Positions 25,762 through 35,774 of a stretch of DNA of 64,000 nt are shown here, in pieces. Made by a program: the position numbers and the translations under genes. Within the stretch, counting starts at the first letter, position 1. Each line of letters begins with the position of its first letter. The notes under the pieces were generated by a model that saw only the letters and a program-made list of their open reading frames with translations, made no database searches and had not been told where the DNA came from. This DNA comes from a virus (lineage: Duplodnaviria; Caudoviricetes). The stretch covers positions 1 through 64,000 of IMG/VR virus record IMGVR_UViG_2862873970_000001; one strand, given 5' to 3'.

Positions 25762-25956
25762 CTACGTAAGGCTGCGAGCGCGATCCACAGCAGCGAAGTG
25801 GTTGTTTGCCTTGACAGTCTCGCGCCATTCGGCAGATGGATTGTGAAACAGTCCAAACTGAACATGCTCCTCGCACAGGCCGCATCGCGTGCAGCGCCGC
25901 AGGCTGTACCCATCCCATTCCCACGAATGGAACCACGATCCTTTGTTGTGGGCCAC
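25762..25956 (-). CDS. cassette-type gene (64 aa, CTRC motif)
   Basis: AGGAG RBS directly after GCCGATAA; stop within CTACGTAAGGC. Confidence 0.55.
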   Translation of the reverse strand: MAHNKGSWFHSWEWDGYSLRRCTRCGLCEEHVQFGLFHNPSAEWRETVKANNHFAAVDRARSLT

Positions 25957-26050
25957 TGTGTCTCCTATGCCGATAACGGGCGCTATGAAAGCTTCCCTAC
26001 CCGCACAGTACCCGAACTGTGAACATCCATCAACACCCCGAAAGGTGAAT

Positions 26051-26257
26051 ATGTCCGTAAACATTGAACAGATCGTCAAGGACATCGAGGACGCGGTTGC
26101 CAAGGGCGTCATTGACGTTAAGGCTGTCGAGCCCCTGGTGAACAAGGCTCTTGACATCCTGACCCTGGCCGAGCCCCTGGTCCCCCAGATCGCGCCGGTC
26201 GTGACCGTGGTTCGGCAGGTCGAAAACCTGGTGAACGAGGCCATCGCCAAGCTGTAA
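26051..26257 (+). CDS. hypothetical protein
   Basis: AAAGG RBS; amphipathic. Confidence 0.55.
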   Translation: MSVNIEQIVKDIEDAVAKGVIDVKAVEPLVNKALDILTLAEPLVPQIAPVVTVVRQVENLVNEAIAKL

Positions 26258-26466
26258 TGGCTGGCCCCTCAAACCGCATCATCCATAAACGCCTGAAAGA
26301 ACGATTTCTCCAGCATCGCGAAAAGCTGGACCTCCATAAACAGCGAGGTCCAGCTTTCGCTGCTGCAGTCGAAAGGCTTGAGCAGACGATATTCCCAGAG
26401 GGGGTGCCGTGCGACGAAGAAAGTACCCTGAGTGCGGATACACCCTCGACGGAGTCACCTGCGTAG
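26257..26466 (+). CDS. hypothetical protein
   Basis: TAATG coupling. Confidence 0.45.
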   Translation: MAGPSNRIIHKRLKERFLQHREKLDLHKQRGPAFAAAVERLEQTIFPEGVPCDEESTLSADTPSTESPA

Positions 26467-28109
26467 AGAAGGGCGAACACTTCTGTGTTCCCCGCGCTAA
26501 TCGCGTCCAGAGGTTCTTTGAGGAACTTTTAGTACACACCAAGGGTCGTTACGCCCGCAAGAAGTTCATCCTCGCCAAATGGCAGCGTGACGACATTATC
26601 CGGCCGCTCTTCGGCAGGGTGGTGTGGTCGGATGAATTCGAATGCTACAAGCGACGCTACGAAATCGCCTGGATCGAGCTGGCCCGTAAGAACGGCAAGA
26701 CCGAACTCCTGGCCGGCGTCATGCTCTACCTGCTCTGCGCAGACGATGAAGAGGCTGGCGAGATCTACGGTGTGGCCCGCGACATTAAGCAGGCCCAACT
26801 CGCCTTCGACGTCGCCGCACAGATGGTCCTCTTCTCCCCCGTGCTGTCTAAGCGCCTGAAGGTCAGCGACTACAAGAAACGAATCTACGATGTCAAAACC
26901 CGGTCTTTTTACCAAGTTATCGCGGCTGACGCTAAGTCTGCTCTTGGTAGTAACCCTTCAGGTGTCGGGGCAGACGAAATCCTCGCCTGGCAGTCAGGTG
27001 ATATGTGGGACTCCCTCCGCACCGGTATGGGTTCAGGAGCGCGTCTACAACCTCTAATGATGGCCAGCACCACCGCTGGTAACGATCCAGAGGGCTTCGC
27101 CGGCCAGATGCACAAGAAGATGGAAGCGGCGCTAGAACATCCAGACCTTGAAGAACACCGCCACGTCTTCGTTTATCTGAAGAACACCCCAGAACAGGCC
27201 GACCCCTGGAAAGAGGAGAACTGGCCGCTGGCCAACCCCGCGCTGGGTGACTTCCTCACCCTGGAGGGCTTGCGCAAGCAGGCTCATGAGGCACGCACCA
27301 ACCCCATTGCGGAGATGGCCTTCCGTCAGTATCGCCTCAATCAGTGGCAGTCCTCGACGGTGCGCTGGATGAACATGTTCCTCTGGGACAAGGCGTCCAA
27401 CCGCGACATCGTCTATCCGGACAATGACTCACTGCTGAACTCTTTCGCCGGCTGCGATTGCTACTTCGGCCTTGACCTTGCAGCGAAGCAGGATCTCTGC
27501 TCTATCTGCTACCTGTTCCCCTGTGCCGATCCCTCCTATGGCGTGGACGTTGTCTGGCGCCACTGGATCTGTGAGGCCGGCTTAGAGAAGCTGGACCGCC
27601 TCAATAAGGGTCGCTTCACCCACGAATTCGTGGAAGGCAAGTGGCTCACCGTCACTCCCGGTGACGTTCTGGACTTCGAACAGCTCTACGCCGATATCAA
27701 GGCTGACTCTCTCCGGTTCACGTTCCTTGGCGGGGACGTCGACAAGCACATGTCCGAACCCGTCATTCAGCGGATCCGGCTGGAAACCGGTATCGGCGTG
27801 GAGGATATCTACGCCTACGACAACCAGTTCGCGACGATGTCAGACGGTATGCACCGCGTCTACGACATGGTGACCGATGGCATCTTCCGCCATCACAACA
27901 ATCCACTGGCGCGATTCTGCTTTGACGCCTGTGAAGCTAAATACAAGTCTTCGGACCCCGACTTGATCATGCCCGAGAAGCCGAATCGAATGCGAGCATC
28001 TAAGCGAATCGACGCTGTACCAGCGGCAATCATGGCGACAAATGCCTGGTGGACGAGGGACGGTGCCGTCTATTCGATTTACAACGAGAGGGATGTTCTG
28101 GTCCTATGA
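26409..28109 (+). CDS. terminase large subunit
   Basis: Walker A ARKNGKT, Walker B GADE, STTAG, GLDLA..DL, KRIDAV.A. Confidence 0.97.
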   Translation: MRRRKYPECGYTLDGVTCVEKGEHFCVPRANRVQRFFEELLVHTKGRYARKKFILAKWQRDDIIRPLFGRVVWSDEFECYKRRYEIAWIELARKNGKTELLAGVMLYLLCADDEEAGEIYGVARDIKQAQLAFDVAAQMVLFSPVLSKRLKVSDYKKRIYDVKTRSFYQVIAADAKSALGSNPSGVGADEILAWQSGDMWDSLRTGMGSGARLQPLMMASTTAGNDPEGFAGQMHKKMEAALEHPDLEEHRHVFVYLKNTPEQADPWKEENWPLANPALGDFLTLEGLRKQAHEARTNPIAEMAFRQYRLNQWQSSTVRWMNMFLWDKASNRDIVYPDNDSLLNSFAGCDCYFGLDLAAKQDLCSICYLFPCADPSYGVDVVWRHWICEAGLEKLDRLNKGRFTHEFVEGKWLTVTPGDVLDFEQLYADIKADSLRFTFLGGDVDKHMSEPVIQRIRLETGIGVEDIYAYDNQFATMSDGMHRVYDMVTDGIFRHHNNPLARFCFDACEAKYKSSDPDLIMPEKPNRMRASKRIDAVPAAIMATNAWWTRDGAVYSIYNERDVLVL

Positions 28110-28562
28110 GACGGCGGCCAATCGTTCCTGTCGCACGATACGGCTGATATTGGATTGGTTAACGCCATACTCGTCGGCCAGCGCATACTGCCGCTCACCC
28201 GCTTCGTAGCGTTCACGGATTTCGCGCACCTGGCTATCGGTCAGCTTATTATGGCCACCCGGTCGGCGTGGGGCATTGCGCCCCTTGGCTGCGCGGTCCT
28301 TGTTGTTGCCCCCTATGGTTCCGACCCTTAGGTGACCAGGGTTCACGCATGGCGGGTTATCGCACAGATGCAGGATGACCAAGCCCGTGGGGATATCGCC
28401 CCTATACAGACGGTAGGAAATTCTGGCGGCGACCTGCTCTCCGAGTAGCCGCATTCTTCCATAGCCCTGACGGTCACGGTATCCGCGCCATTCCCAGCAT
28501 TCGTCGGGCTCGCCCCGCACGTACTTGGCCTCAAACCTGGCCCGTAACTTTTCCAACTCCAC
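28104..28562 (-). CDS. HNH homing endonuclease with C-terminal HTH
   Basis: CWEWRG....GYG, LH.CDNPPCVNP.HL..GT...N..D; KLT...V.EIR...LA.EYGV. Confidence 0.9.
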   Translation of the reverse strand: MELEKLRARFEAKYVRGEPDECWEWRGYRDRQGYGRMRLLGEQVAARISYRLYRGDIPTGLVILHLCDNPPCVNPGHLRVGTIGGNNKDRAAKGRNAPRRPGGHNKLTDSQVREIRERYEAGERQYALADEYGVNQSNISRIVRQERLAAVS

Positions 28563-28610
28563 CCCGACAGCATACCACTACTGTACGGGTATCGCACCCT
28601 GGAGGGGTAT

Positions 28611-28841
28611 TTGAAAAATTTAATACACAAAAAGCTCCGCGAACGCTTCCATGTCACCCCTCGGGTGGGAATGCAGTTCTCGGGTGTACTCTTATCCGAG
28701 GATCGCACTTATGCCGTCTTTGGTGACGTTATCGCCTATCCTGACGATGCTACGCCCGAAAAGGCCGATGGCGACTTATATATTCGCCACGAAAATGTCG
28801 CCTACGTCCAAACCGTTCCGGTGAGACATGCGGACGAGTAA
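28611..28841 (+). CDS. hypothetical protein (Sm-like beta fold)
   Basis: FSGVL...D...GDLYI....VAYVQ; GGAGG RBS. Confidence 0.6.
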   Translation: MKNLIHKKLRERFHVTPRVGMQFSGVLLSEDRTYAVFGDVIAYPDDATPEKADGDLYIRHENVAYVQTVPVRHADE

Positions 28842-30486
28842 GGGCAAAAACCTACCTGTTCGTGTCAGTGGTGGTTCTGTCCCGATTGCCCCCGAGGCGC
28901 TTGCTGAACTTCAGCCCATTATCCCCCAAAGCTATTACTACGCAGACTATTTGGGGATGGAGCTGGAGTACCGCTACGCCCTGTACGGCGAGATCTATCA
29001 GCGGTCTCCCTGGGTGCATGTCGTTATCGACAAGCGAGCAAACGCTCTTGCCCGCCTCCCCGTCAATGTCTGGGATGTCAACGGGGATACGCGAGAGCTA
29101 GACACCCGTTCGCAGTACGCACAACTCATCGCCAACCCGTGCTTGGAGATTGAGGGCGCTCCATACCTGGACCCCTTCCGCTTCTGGCACTGGATACAGA
29201 CCACCATCGACATCTACGGCGAGGCCTACCTGGCTATTGCCCGCGATGGAAATGACGTGCCTATCGGATTCATGCCGATGCACCCCTCACGCGTGGCGAT
29301 CCGTCGTAACGCCAAGGACGGTAGCTACGACTACTACTTCCAGGCCGGCTCGGGCATCAACACCGAACTGGTGCATTTCCCCCAGCGTGACGTCGTCCCC
29401 TTCCGGCTGTACAACCCCGGCAAGCTTGAGCGCGGTATGTCCAAGATGGAGGCGATTCGCCAGACCATCTTTGCCGAGGATTCCTCACGCAACGCCGTGT
29501 CTTCCATGTGGAAGAACGGTGCGCGCCCCAACCTCATTCTGCAGACGCCCAATCGACTGACGGACGTCGGCGCCAAGCGGCTCAAGATCGCCTTCGATCA
29601 GGCGCACGCCGGCTCATCGAACGTCGGTCAGACCCTGGTCCTAGAGGATGGCGTCGAGGCCAAGGAGTTCCAGATCTCTGCAGTGGATCTGCAGTTGGTC
29701 GAATGCCGCAAGATGAACCGCGAGGAGATCGCGGCCGTCTATGACGTTGCTCCGACCCTTATCGGAATCCTTGAGCACGCAACGTTTTCCAACATCACCG
29801 AGCAGATGCGCGGCTTCTACCGCGACACGATGGCCCCGGTCATCGAGTTCATCCAGAGCGTCATGGACACCTACGTCGGATCGTTCTGGTCCCGCAAGAA
29901 CATCATGCGGTTCGCCACCGACGAGGTGATGCGTGGTGACTTTGAGATGCGTATGGAGGCTGCCCACAAGGGTGTCTCTGTTGCAGCCATCACGCCCAAT
30001 GAAGCACGAGAACTGTTGGGCTACAACAGATATGACGATCCTAAGGCGGACAAGCTCTATTGCAACTCTGCGATTCAGGAACTCGGCACGCCCGGCGAGG
30101 TTATCCGCATGAACACTGAAGCGACCGGGGTTACGCCAGATGGCATCCACCTAGACCCTGGCCCCCAGACCACCCCCGTGCCAGCCCTCGCTCAGGGCAA
30201 CAGCAGCAAGCCAGGCAAGCCACACTCGATACCCAAGAAGCCACCGACGCCCATTCCGGCCGGTGGTCAATCGGGTGGGCCGCAGCCAAGAAACCAGAAC
30301 CCCTCATCCACACGCCCCAAGCACTTCCGCGAAGTGAACGCCCAAGTGGGCCGTGGCAGAACCCCCGAAGAACTCAAGGCTTTCGCCCTTGATCTGGCGG
30401 GCAAGTACCCCGACGAACTTGAGGACATTCTCGAATCGGTGCGTATGGCTATCGCCGAGCGCGATAAGAAAGGCAAGACAACTTAA
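28828..30486 (+). CDS. portal protein (HK97 family)
   Basis: IYGEAY, PMHPSRV, G.S, NGARP, IAAVYDV.P..IG..E.ATFSN. Confidence 0.95.
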   Translation: MRTSKGKNLPVRVSGGSVPIAPEALAELQPIIPQSYYYADYLGMELEYRYALYGEIYQRSPWVHVVIDKRANALARLPVNVWDVNGDTRELDTRSQYAQLIANPCLEIEGAPYLDPFRFWHWIQTTIDIYGEAYLAIARDGNDVPIGFMPMHPSRVAIRRNAKDGSYDYYFQAGSGINTELVHFPQRDVVPFRLYNPGKLERGMSKMEAIRQTIFAEDSSRNAVSSMWKNGARPNLILQTPNRLTDVGAKRLKIAFDQAHAGSSNVGQTLVLEDGVEAKEFQISAVDLQLVECRKMNREEIAAVYDVAPTLIGILEHATFSNITEQMRGFYRDTMAPVIEFIQSVMDTYVGSFWSRKNIMRFATDEVMRGDFEMRMEAAHKGVSVAAITPNEARELLGYNRYDDPKADKLYCNSAIQELGTPGEVIRMNTEATGVTPDGIHLDPGPQTTPVPALAQGNSSKPGKPHSIPKKPPTPIPAGGQSGGPQPRNQNPSSTRPKHFREVNAQVGRGRTPEELKAFALDLAGKYPDELEDILESVRMAIAERDKKGKTT

Positions 30487-30488
30487 TA

Positions 30489-31691
30489 ATGCAGGTCTAC
30501 AGCAAGGCCTTCGCCTCTATCGAAGAGGTTGCAGAGAAGGACTACGGTCCTAACGGCGGTTTCACTGCCATTCTCTCCACCCCCTCCGAGGACCGCGACG
30601 GCGACGAACTGTTCCAGGAGGAGTGGAAGGACTTTACGTTCGACCGCTACCCGCTGGACATGGACCACGGCATGTCCGTGGCCGAGACTGTCGGCTCCTT
30701 CACGCCGTACTTCGACGGCCAGAAGATGATGATGGACGCCTACTTTTCGTCCATCCCGCGGGCCCAAGAGGTCCGCACCCTCGTGGACGAGGGTCACATC
30801 CGCACCGTCTCTGTGGCTTTCATGGTCGACAAGACGAAGAAGAGCGGTGAGAAGAAGCGCGAACTGCTGAATGCCGGCATTGTTGCGATCCCTTCCAACC
30901 GGGATGCGGTAATCCTCGCATCCAAGGCCGCCAGCGCCCTCAAGGACGCGTTTTCTGACGCCACCGAGGGTGATGTGCCCGACGAGGTCAAGAAGGCCGT
31001 CCTGGACGCTCTGGGCGTCAAAGAGGCTGCGGCTCCCAAGGACTCCGAGGGTGAAGCCAAGGCCGCTGTCTACGTTGACGTTCTCCCCCGAATCGATATG
31101 GATCAGTGGGAGAAGTCCATCAACGAGGCCGTCACCAAGGCCGGCGCCACCGCAAGTGGCATCGGCAGCGACGGCGCCCTCGTGCAGGCCATCCACGACG
31201 CATCCAGCCACCTGGGTGCCGCATGCCCGGTGATCGAGGTCGCCGACCCCGGCACGGGCGCCAGCGATGGTGCCAACAAGAGCACCGACGACGTCGAGAC
31301 CAAGGATGTCGACGCCCACCAGGTCGTCGCTGGCCTGGACGCCATTATCGATGAGGCCGTTGACCTTTCGGCCACGGCTGACCGCTCCACGCTGCCCGAG
31401 CCCGTTGGGCAGGCACTGGACCTGTTGGTTGGGGCGAAGGAGGCTGTCGCCTCGCTCATGGAAATGCTCGGCATTTTCGACCCAGACGGAGACAAGTCCG
31501 TCGATCCCGCAGAGGCTTTCGCGAAAGCCCTGGATGAAGTTTTAACGCCAGACGAATCACCCGCCGAGGCCGCTGCCGCTTCCGATAAGGAACCCGCACC
31601 CGCCGATGACGCCGCTGAGACCAAGAAGGCGCAACGAGAAAGAACCGCGCAGCGATACGAACTGCTTGCGCGCACCAAAATCAATTCCTAA
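30489..31691 (+). CDS. prohead protease fused to an acidic scaffold-like region
   Basis: STPS.DRDGD, DH, SVAF, ELL....V.IPSN..A; located between portal and capsid genes. Confidence 0.85.
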   Translation: MQVYSKAFASIEEVAEKDYGPNGGFTAILSTPSEDRDGDELFQEEWKDFTFDRYPLDMDHGMSVAETVGSFTPYFDGQKMMMDAYFSSIPRAQEVRTLVDEGHIRTVSVAFMVDKTKKSGEKKRELLNAGIVAIPSNRDAVILASKAASALKDAFSDATEGDVPDEVKKAVLDALGVKEAAAPKDSEGEAKAAVYVDVLPRIDMDQWEKSINEAVTKAGATASGIGSDGALVQAIHDASSHLGAACPVIEVADPGTGASDGANKSTDDVETKDVDAHQVVAGLDAIIDEAVDLSATADRSTLPEPVGQALDLLVGAKEAVASLMEMLGIFDPDGDKSVDPAEAFAKALDEVLTPDESPAEAAAASDKEPAPADDAAETKKAQRERTAQRYELLARTKINS

Positions 31692-31711
31692 TAGAAGGAC
31701 CATAAAAGAAT

Positions 31712-33244
31712 ATGCCTACTAAGGCAGAACTGGACCACAAGGGTCGGGAACTCACCGACCGCTTGAAGAATTTCGCCACCGAATTTGAGGCGAATGACTC
31801 CATTACCGAGGACGAGAAGGAAACCGCGTGGAAGGCCCTTGAGGGCGAGTTCAAGGCGTGGGAATCCAACATGTCTCGTTGCGAATCCGCTTCGGAGATG
31901 GCCGCGAAGCTGGCCAACTGCGGTGAGGCTCTGGACGCCAAGTCCGGCAAGAGCGTTACCAAGTTTGAGGTCGCCAGCCCGATGAGCCGCGCCGGCATCA
32001 AGGCCCTGGCGCGCGAGGCCGCGAGCCACGAAGAGTTCGCCGAGGTCTTCGGCTTCAAGGACGGCTTCCGCAAGAAGCTGGACGTCAACGTCATGCTGGG
32101 CATGAAGAGCCTGTCGAACGACGCCACCGAGGCCCACAACCTGATGGGTGAAGGCCTGGACGGTAACGCTGGCATCGCCGCGGCTGCCGCGGGTCAGACC
32201 CCGTTCCTGGGCGGTACTTTCGGTCAGGGCATTCAGCCCGACTGGCGCCCGGGCATTGTGGAGCAACTGTTCTACCAGTTGACCATTCCGGACCTGATCA
32301 GCTCGTTCGCGACGACCGCTCCGAACATCTCGTACCTGACTGAGTCTTCGGACAACATGCAGGCCACGAGCGTGGCTGAGGGTGGGACCTTCCCGTTCTC
32401 CAGCATCGAAATCGCTCGCGAGTACGCGCAGATCGGCAAGATTGCCAACGCTCTGACGATCACCGACGAGGCCGTGTCCGACGCGGCCACCCTGTACAAC
32501 TTCGTCCAGGGTCGCCTGCTGCTGGGCCTGCAGCGTCAGGAAGAGGTTCAGATCCTGGCTGGTACCGGTTACCCCGGTGTCGGCGGTCTGCTGAGCTTCG
32601 CTTCGAACTTCACCAAGTCTTCGGCTGGTTCGATCTACGGCGACACCCACGCGACGGCTGGTTCCGCTCTCGTGTTCCCGCCGGCTGGCACCTACGGTGC
32701 TGGCGCGCAGGCGATCTCGCTTTCGAGCCTGCCGCTGGGTCGCGTCGTGACCGGTGCGGCCGGCACCTCGGGCGACACCGCGGGCAAGTACCCCGACCCG
32801 CTGACGGTGTCGCTGAACCTGAAGGACGTTGCGGTCGATATCGAGTTGGCCGTCTTCCAGTCCCCGACCGCGCACATCATGAACCCGCGCGACTGGCAGT
32901 TGCTGGAAACTGCTCAGGACAATAACGGTCAGTTCATGAACACCTCGTACTTCGGTAACGTTTACGGTGTTTCGCGTACCCCGGTCAAGAGCCTGTGGAA
33001 CATTCCCGTCGTGACGACCCCGCTTATGCCGAAGGGTCTGATCCTGACCGGTTGGTTCGACGCGCAGTCCGTCCAGACGGCTCGCCGTCAGGGCGTTCAG
33101 ATGCAGATGACGAACTCGAACGAGTCTGACTTCATCGAAGGCAAGATCACCGTTCGTGCTGACGAGCGTCTGGGTCTGCTCTGCTACCGTCCGACCGCCT
33201 TCCAGTTGACGCAACTGGTCAAGGGCGCTAACTACAGCGGTTAG
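31712..33244 (+). CDS. major capsid protein (HK97 fold)
   Basis: VAEG..FP.S, KIA....TDE, IL.G.G, MNP.DW..L, D.NG.F, F..G.ITVRA.ER.G. Confidence 0.95.
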   Translation: MPTKAELDHKGRELTDRLKNFATEFEANDSITEDEKETAWKALEGEFKAWESNMSRCESASEMAAKLANCGEALDAKSGKSVTKFEVASPMSRAGIKALAREAASHEEFAEVFGFKDGFRKKLDVNVMLGMKSLSNDATEAHNLMGEGLDGNAGIAAAAAGQTPFLGGTFGQGIQPDWRPGIVEQLFYQLTIPDLISSFATTAPNISYLTESSDNMQATSVAEGGTFPFSSIEIAREYAQIGKIANALTITDEAVSDAATLYNFVQGRLLLGLQRQEEVQILAGTGYPGVGGLLSFASNFTKSSAGSIYGDTHATAGSALVFPPAGTYGAGAQAISLSSLPLGRVVTGAAGTSGDTAGKYPDPLTVSLNLKDVAVDIELAVFQSPTAHIMNPRDWQLLETAQDNNGQFMNTSYFGNVYGVSRTPVKSLWNIPVVTTPLMPKGLILTGWFDAQSVQTARRQGVQMQMTNSNESDFIEGKITVRADERLGLLCYRPTAFQLTQLVKGANYSG

Positions 33245-33331
33245 TCAATTGGCCCCCGGATGCCCACTTTATTTGGCGTATACCAACTTTGGTGGGCTCC
33301 GGGGCCACCGAAAGGAGAGCATTTACCCAAA

Positions 33332-33592
33332 ATGATTACCATAGGCACTACCGCTACCACCCTTGTCACGGCCAGCACCGGCCTGCCGATTATCGTTCGA
33401 AATAATGGCCCGTTCACCATCTTCATCGGGGCATCCACAGTCACGGCGGATAATTCGCCCACTGGGGGGTTCCAGCTTCATCCCGGAGAGAGTTACCAGA
33501 CACCCGTGGTACAAACACCATTCTCGCTGTACGCGGTGACGGCCACCGGGAACTCTTACGCCTCCACCCTGGACGGAGATTCCCTAGCATGA
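33332..33592 (+). CDS. small virion-associated protein
   Basis: AAGGAG RBS; VRNNG..TIFIG...VT....GF.L.PGES. Confidence 0.55.
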   Translation: MITIGTTATTLVTASTGLPIIVRNNGPFTIFIGASTVTADNSPTGGFQLHPGESYQTPVVQTPFSLYAVTATGNSYASTLDGDSLA

Positions 33593-33825
33593 GCTACCCC
33601 ATCACCCGCGTAGTGGTGAAGGATAACCCGCCACCGAAACGGCCGGTTATCTCGGTTGGGCGTATCTACCCCACCGTAATCAGCCCCGAGCCCGAGACCG
33701 TTTTCAGCACCGTGCGCCGCGAAGAGGACAGCGAGGCCGAGAAGTCGGCTGAGACTGAGACCAAGGTGGTTCGTGGTCGGCGTCGGCCGGCGCCGAAGGC
33801 TAACGAGGCCGCGGAGTCTAAGTGA
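33589..33825 (+). CDS. hypothetical protein
   Basis: ATGA/GTGA coupling. Confidence 0.5.
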   Translation: MSYPITRVVVKDNPPPKRPVISVGRIYPTVISPEPETVFSTVRREEDSEAEKSAETETKVVRGRRRPAPKANEAAESK

Positions 33826-34430
33826 CGTTCGCAACCCAACTCGCTGAGGCGTTCACCCCCATCGGCGGTGTCTACGACGAGGCCAGCATTTCGCAGGCAC
33901 TGAGTTGGGCGCAGTCCTTCATTGAGGAGTACTGCAACCGCGGCGACAACGGATTCGATGTAGTCGAGGACGATACCGTCTTCATTGACCCCAAGCCGTA
34001 TCGCCAGGCGCTCCTGCCCGAGATCCCGGTTGTAAACGTCAGTGAAGTCCAGGCGCTCCTGCCGAGCCAGACTGGTGGCGGAATGGTGTGGACAACCCTC
34101 ACCAATTACGCCTATGTCAATGACACCGGATTGATCTACGACACCACCGGAGAACCCGGTGTGATGCAGAGTTTCGGACCCACCTGGCCTTGGCTTCCCG
34201 GCAGCCTGAAAGTCACCTACGACCACGGCTATGAAACCGTCCCGAAGTCCCTCATCAACGCTGCCGTGCGCTTTGCGCAACAGTACCTGGAGAACCCAAC
34301 CCTGAAGCTGCAGCGCAGCATTGGTGACGTTAACGACCGCTTCGCCGGCAACACTGGCGGCGTCGGCATCGTGATCGATGCGTTCGATGAGCGCATCCTG
34401 GACCGCTACACGCTGATATCTATCGCGTGA
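33822..34430 (+). CDS. head-to-tail adaptor
   Basis: A.S.IEEYCNR, LP..PV..V..V, VTYDHGY..VP; position in operon. Confidence 0.8.
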   Translation: MTFATQLAEAFTPIGGVYDEASISQALSWAQSFIEEYCNRGDNGFDVVEDDTVFIDPKPYRQALLPEIPVVNVSEVQALLPSQTGGGMVWTTLTNYAYVNDTGLIYDTTGEPGVMQSFGPTWPWLPGSLKVTYDHGYETVPKSLINAAVRFAQQYLENPTLKLQRSIGDVNDRFAGNTGGVGIVIDAFDERILDRYTLISIA

Positions 34431-34550
34431 GCGAGGTGTTCTTCTGCGACGTGTGTGGGATCAGCTACGAGAAGGACTATCCACACGACCACCGCACTCT
34501 CGGGACCTTGAGTCCTGAAGAGGCGCTTGCGTATTGGAATGGGAGAAAGA

Positions 34551-34895
34551 ATGCCCCAGAATCCCGGCGCACTCGCGATCACGTTTAACCCCCCCGGCGA
34601 TTTCGTCGTAGACAAGTACCACACCGTGCCGGCGTCCGAAGGCGCATCCCCCTTTACCCAGGTGGGTTGCACCAAGCAGCCCATCTCGGTGAGGGACAAG
34701 ATCGACAACACCGCGTACTCCGAGGCCACACACAAGATCTACACGCCGTACAACACCAATACGGCCCAGATCTCGGCTGAGTGGACGGCGGTCTACAACG
34801 GTATCTCCTACCGCGTCATGGGCATTGAGATCACCCCGGATGACTGGGGCCGGATCGACTTCTGCCGATTCATCTGCAAACAGCAGGAGGGCTAA
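34551..34895 (+). CDS. head-to-tail stopper
   Basis: Position; YNG.SYRV.G motif. Confidence 0.6.
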   Translation: MPQNPGALAITFNPPGDFVVDKYHTVPASEGASPFTQVGCTKQPISVRDKIDNTAYSEATHKIYTPYNTNTAQISAEWTAVYNGISYRVMGIEITPDDWGRIDFCRFICKQQEG

Positions 34896-35353
34896 TGGCT
34901 ACACAGCCACGCGATGACCGCGGGCGCTTCATGTCCAAGGCGGCTTTCATGGCCGAACTGGAAGCTTGTGGAGTTCACGCGGCCGACCTTGAGGGCTGGA
35001 TCGTTGCATCCGCAATCGTGCAGGCCGCCAAGAGGGCCAAGGCCGAAGAGGTCAAGGAATACTGGAAGTCCATCGCCCCCGAGCGCGGCGACAAACCCAC
35101 ACACGGACGCGACGACGGACCAACGGCCTATGGGACGAACTGGCCCGAGGACTACCTCGAATCCATTCAGGTCCATGAGGATCCAGACGGTGTGATCACC
35201 GTTGGCTCAGACCTCATCCCGCTAGCCGACTGGCTGGAATACGGATCCATCCACAACCCCGAGCACGGGTATGGAATCCGAGTGCTACAGCACTTTGGAG
35301 GTGGCCCCGTTGACGAAGGCGCCCGCATCACCAATGCGTTGTTTATTGGATGA
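34895..35353 (+). CDS. neck/tail completion protein (HK97 gp10-like)
   Basis: WKSIAP...Y..SI...WLEYGS..NP. Confidence 0.65.
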   Translation: MATQPRDDRGRFMSKAAFMAELEACGVHAADLEGWIVASAIVQAAKRAKAEEVKEYWKSIAPERGDKPTHGRDDGPTAYGTNWPEDYLESIQVHEDPDGVITVGSDLIPLADWLEYGSIHNPEHGYGIRVLQHFGGGPVDEGARITNALFIG

Positions 35354-35745
35354 TCGCCGCCGACGCTGAGGAACTTGTAGTCGCCTATCTCGCCCAATCA
35401 TTTGCGAACGTCGGCCTAGACATGCCTAATACGCCCCCGCTGCCCTTCTATCTAGTGAACCGCCTCCCCAGTCCCAGTGACTGGATCACGGATCATGCAT
35501 TGATATCGGTACACGCCTTCGCGGCCACCCGTACCGCAGCGGCCGAGGCGGCAAGGCAACTGGACGCCGTGATGAACCCTTGGGTGCTTACCCCCAAGCT
35601 GTCGTTCAATTTGAGCAATGGCCCAGCCTCCATAGACCGCATGTGCGTCTTGGAGCGGCCGGCTTGGCACAACTACGAGAACCCTAATCTTCAACGATAC
35701 TGCGGTCGTTACCGCATCGAACTGAGGATGAATCAATCCTCTTGA
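35350..35745 (+). CDS. tail terminator
   Basis: DAEELVVAYL, PF.LV.R, V..FA, RY...Y. Confidence 0.75.
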   Translation: MIAADAEELVVAYLAQSFANVGLDMPNTPPLPFYLVNRLPSPSDWITDHALISVHAFAATRTAAAEAARQLDAVMNPWVLTPKLSFNLSNGPASIDRMCVLERPAWHNYENPNLQRYCGRYRIELRMNQSS

Positions 35746-35774
35746 TAACTTAATATTTAAGGACACAACTTAAT

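Noticed and set aside
31688-33214. 508-aa antisense ORF and similar long shadow ORFs
   Set aside because: Mirror of the GC3-biased capsid gene, expected in high-GC coding DNA.
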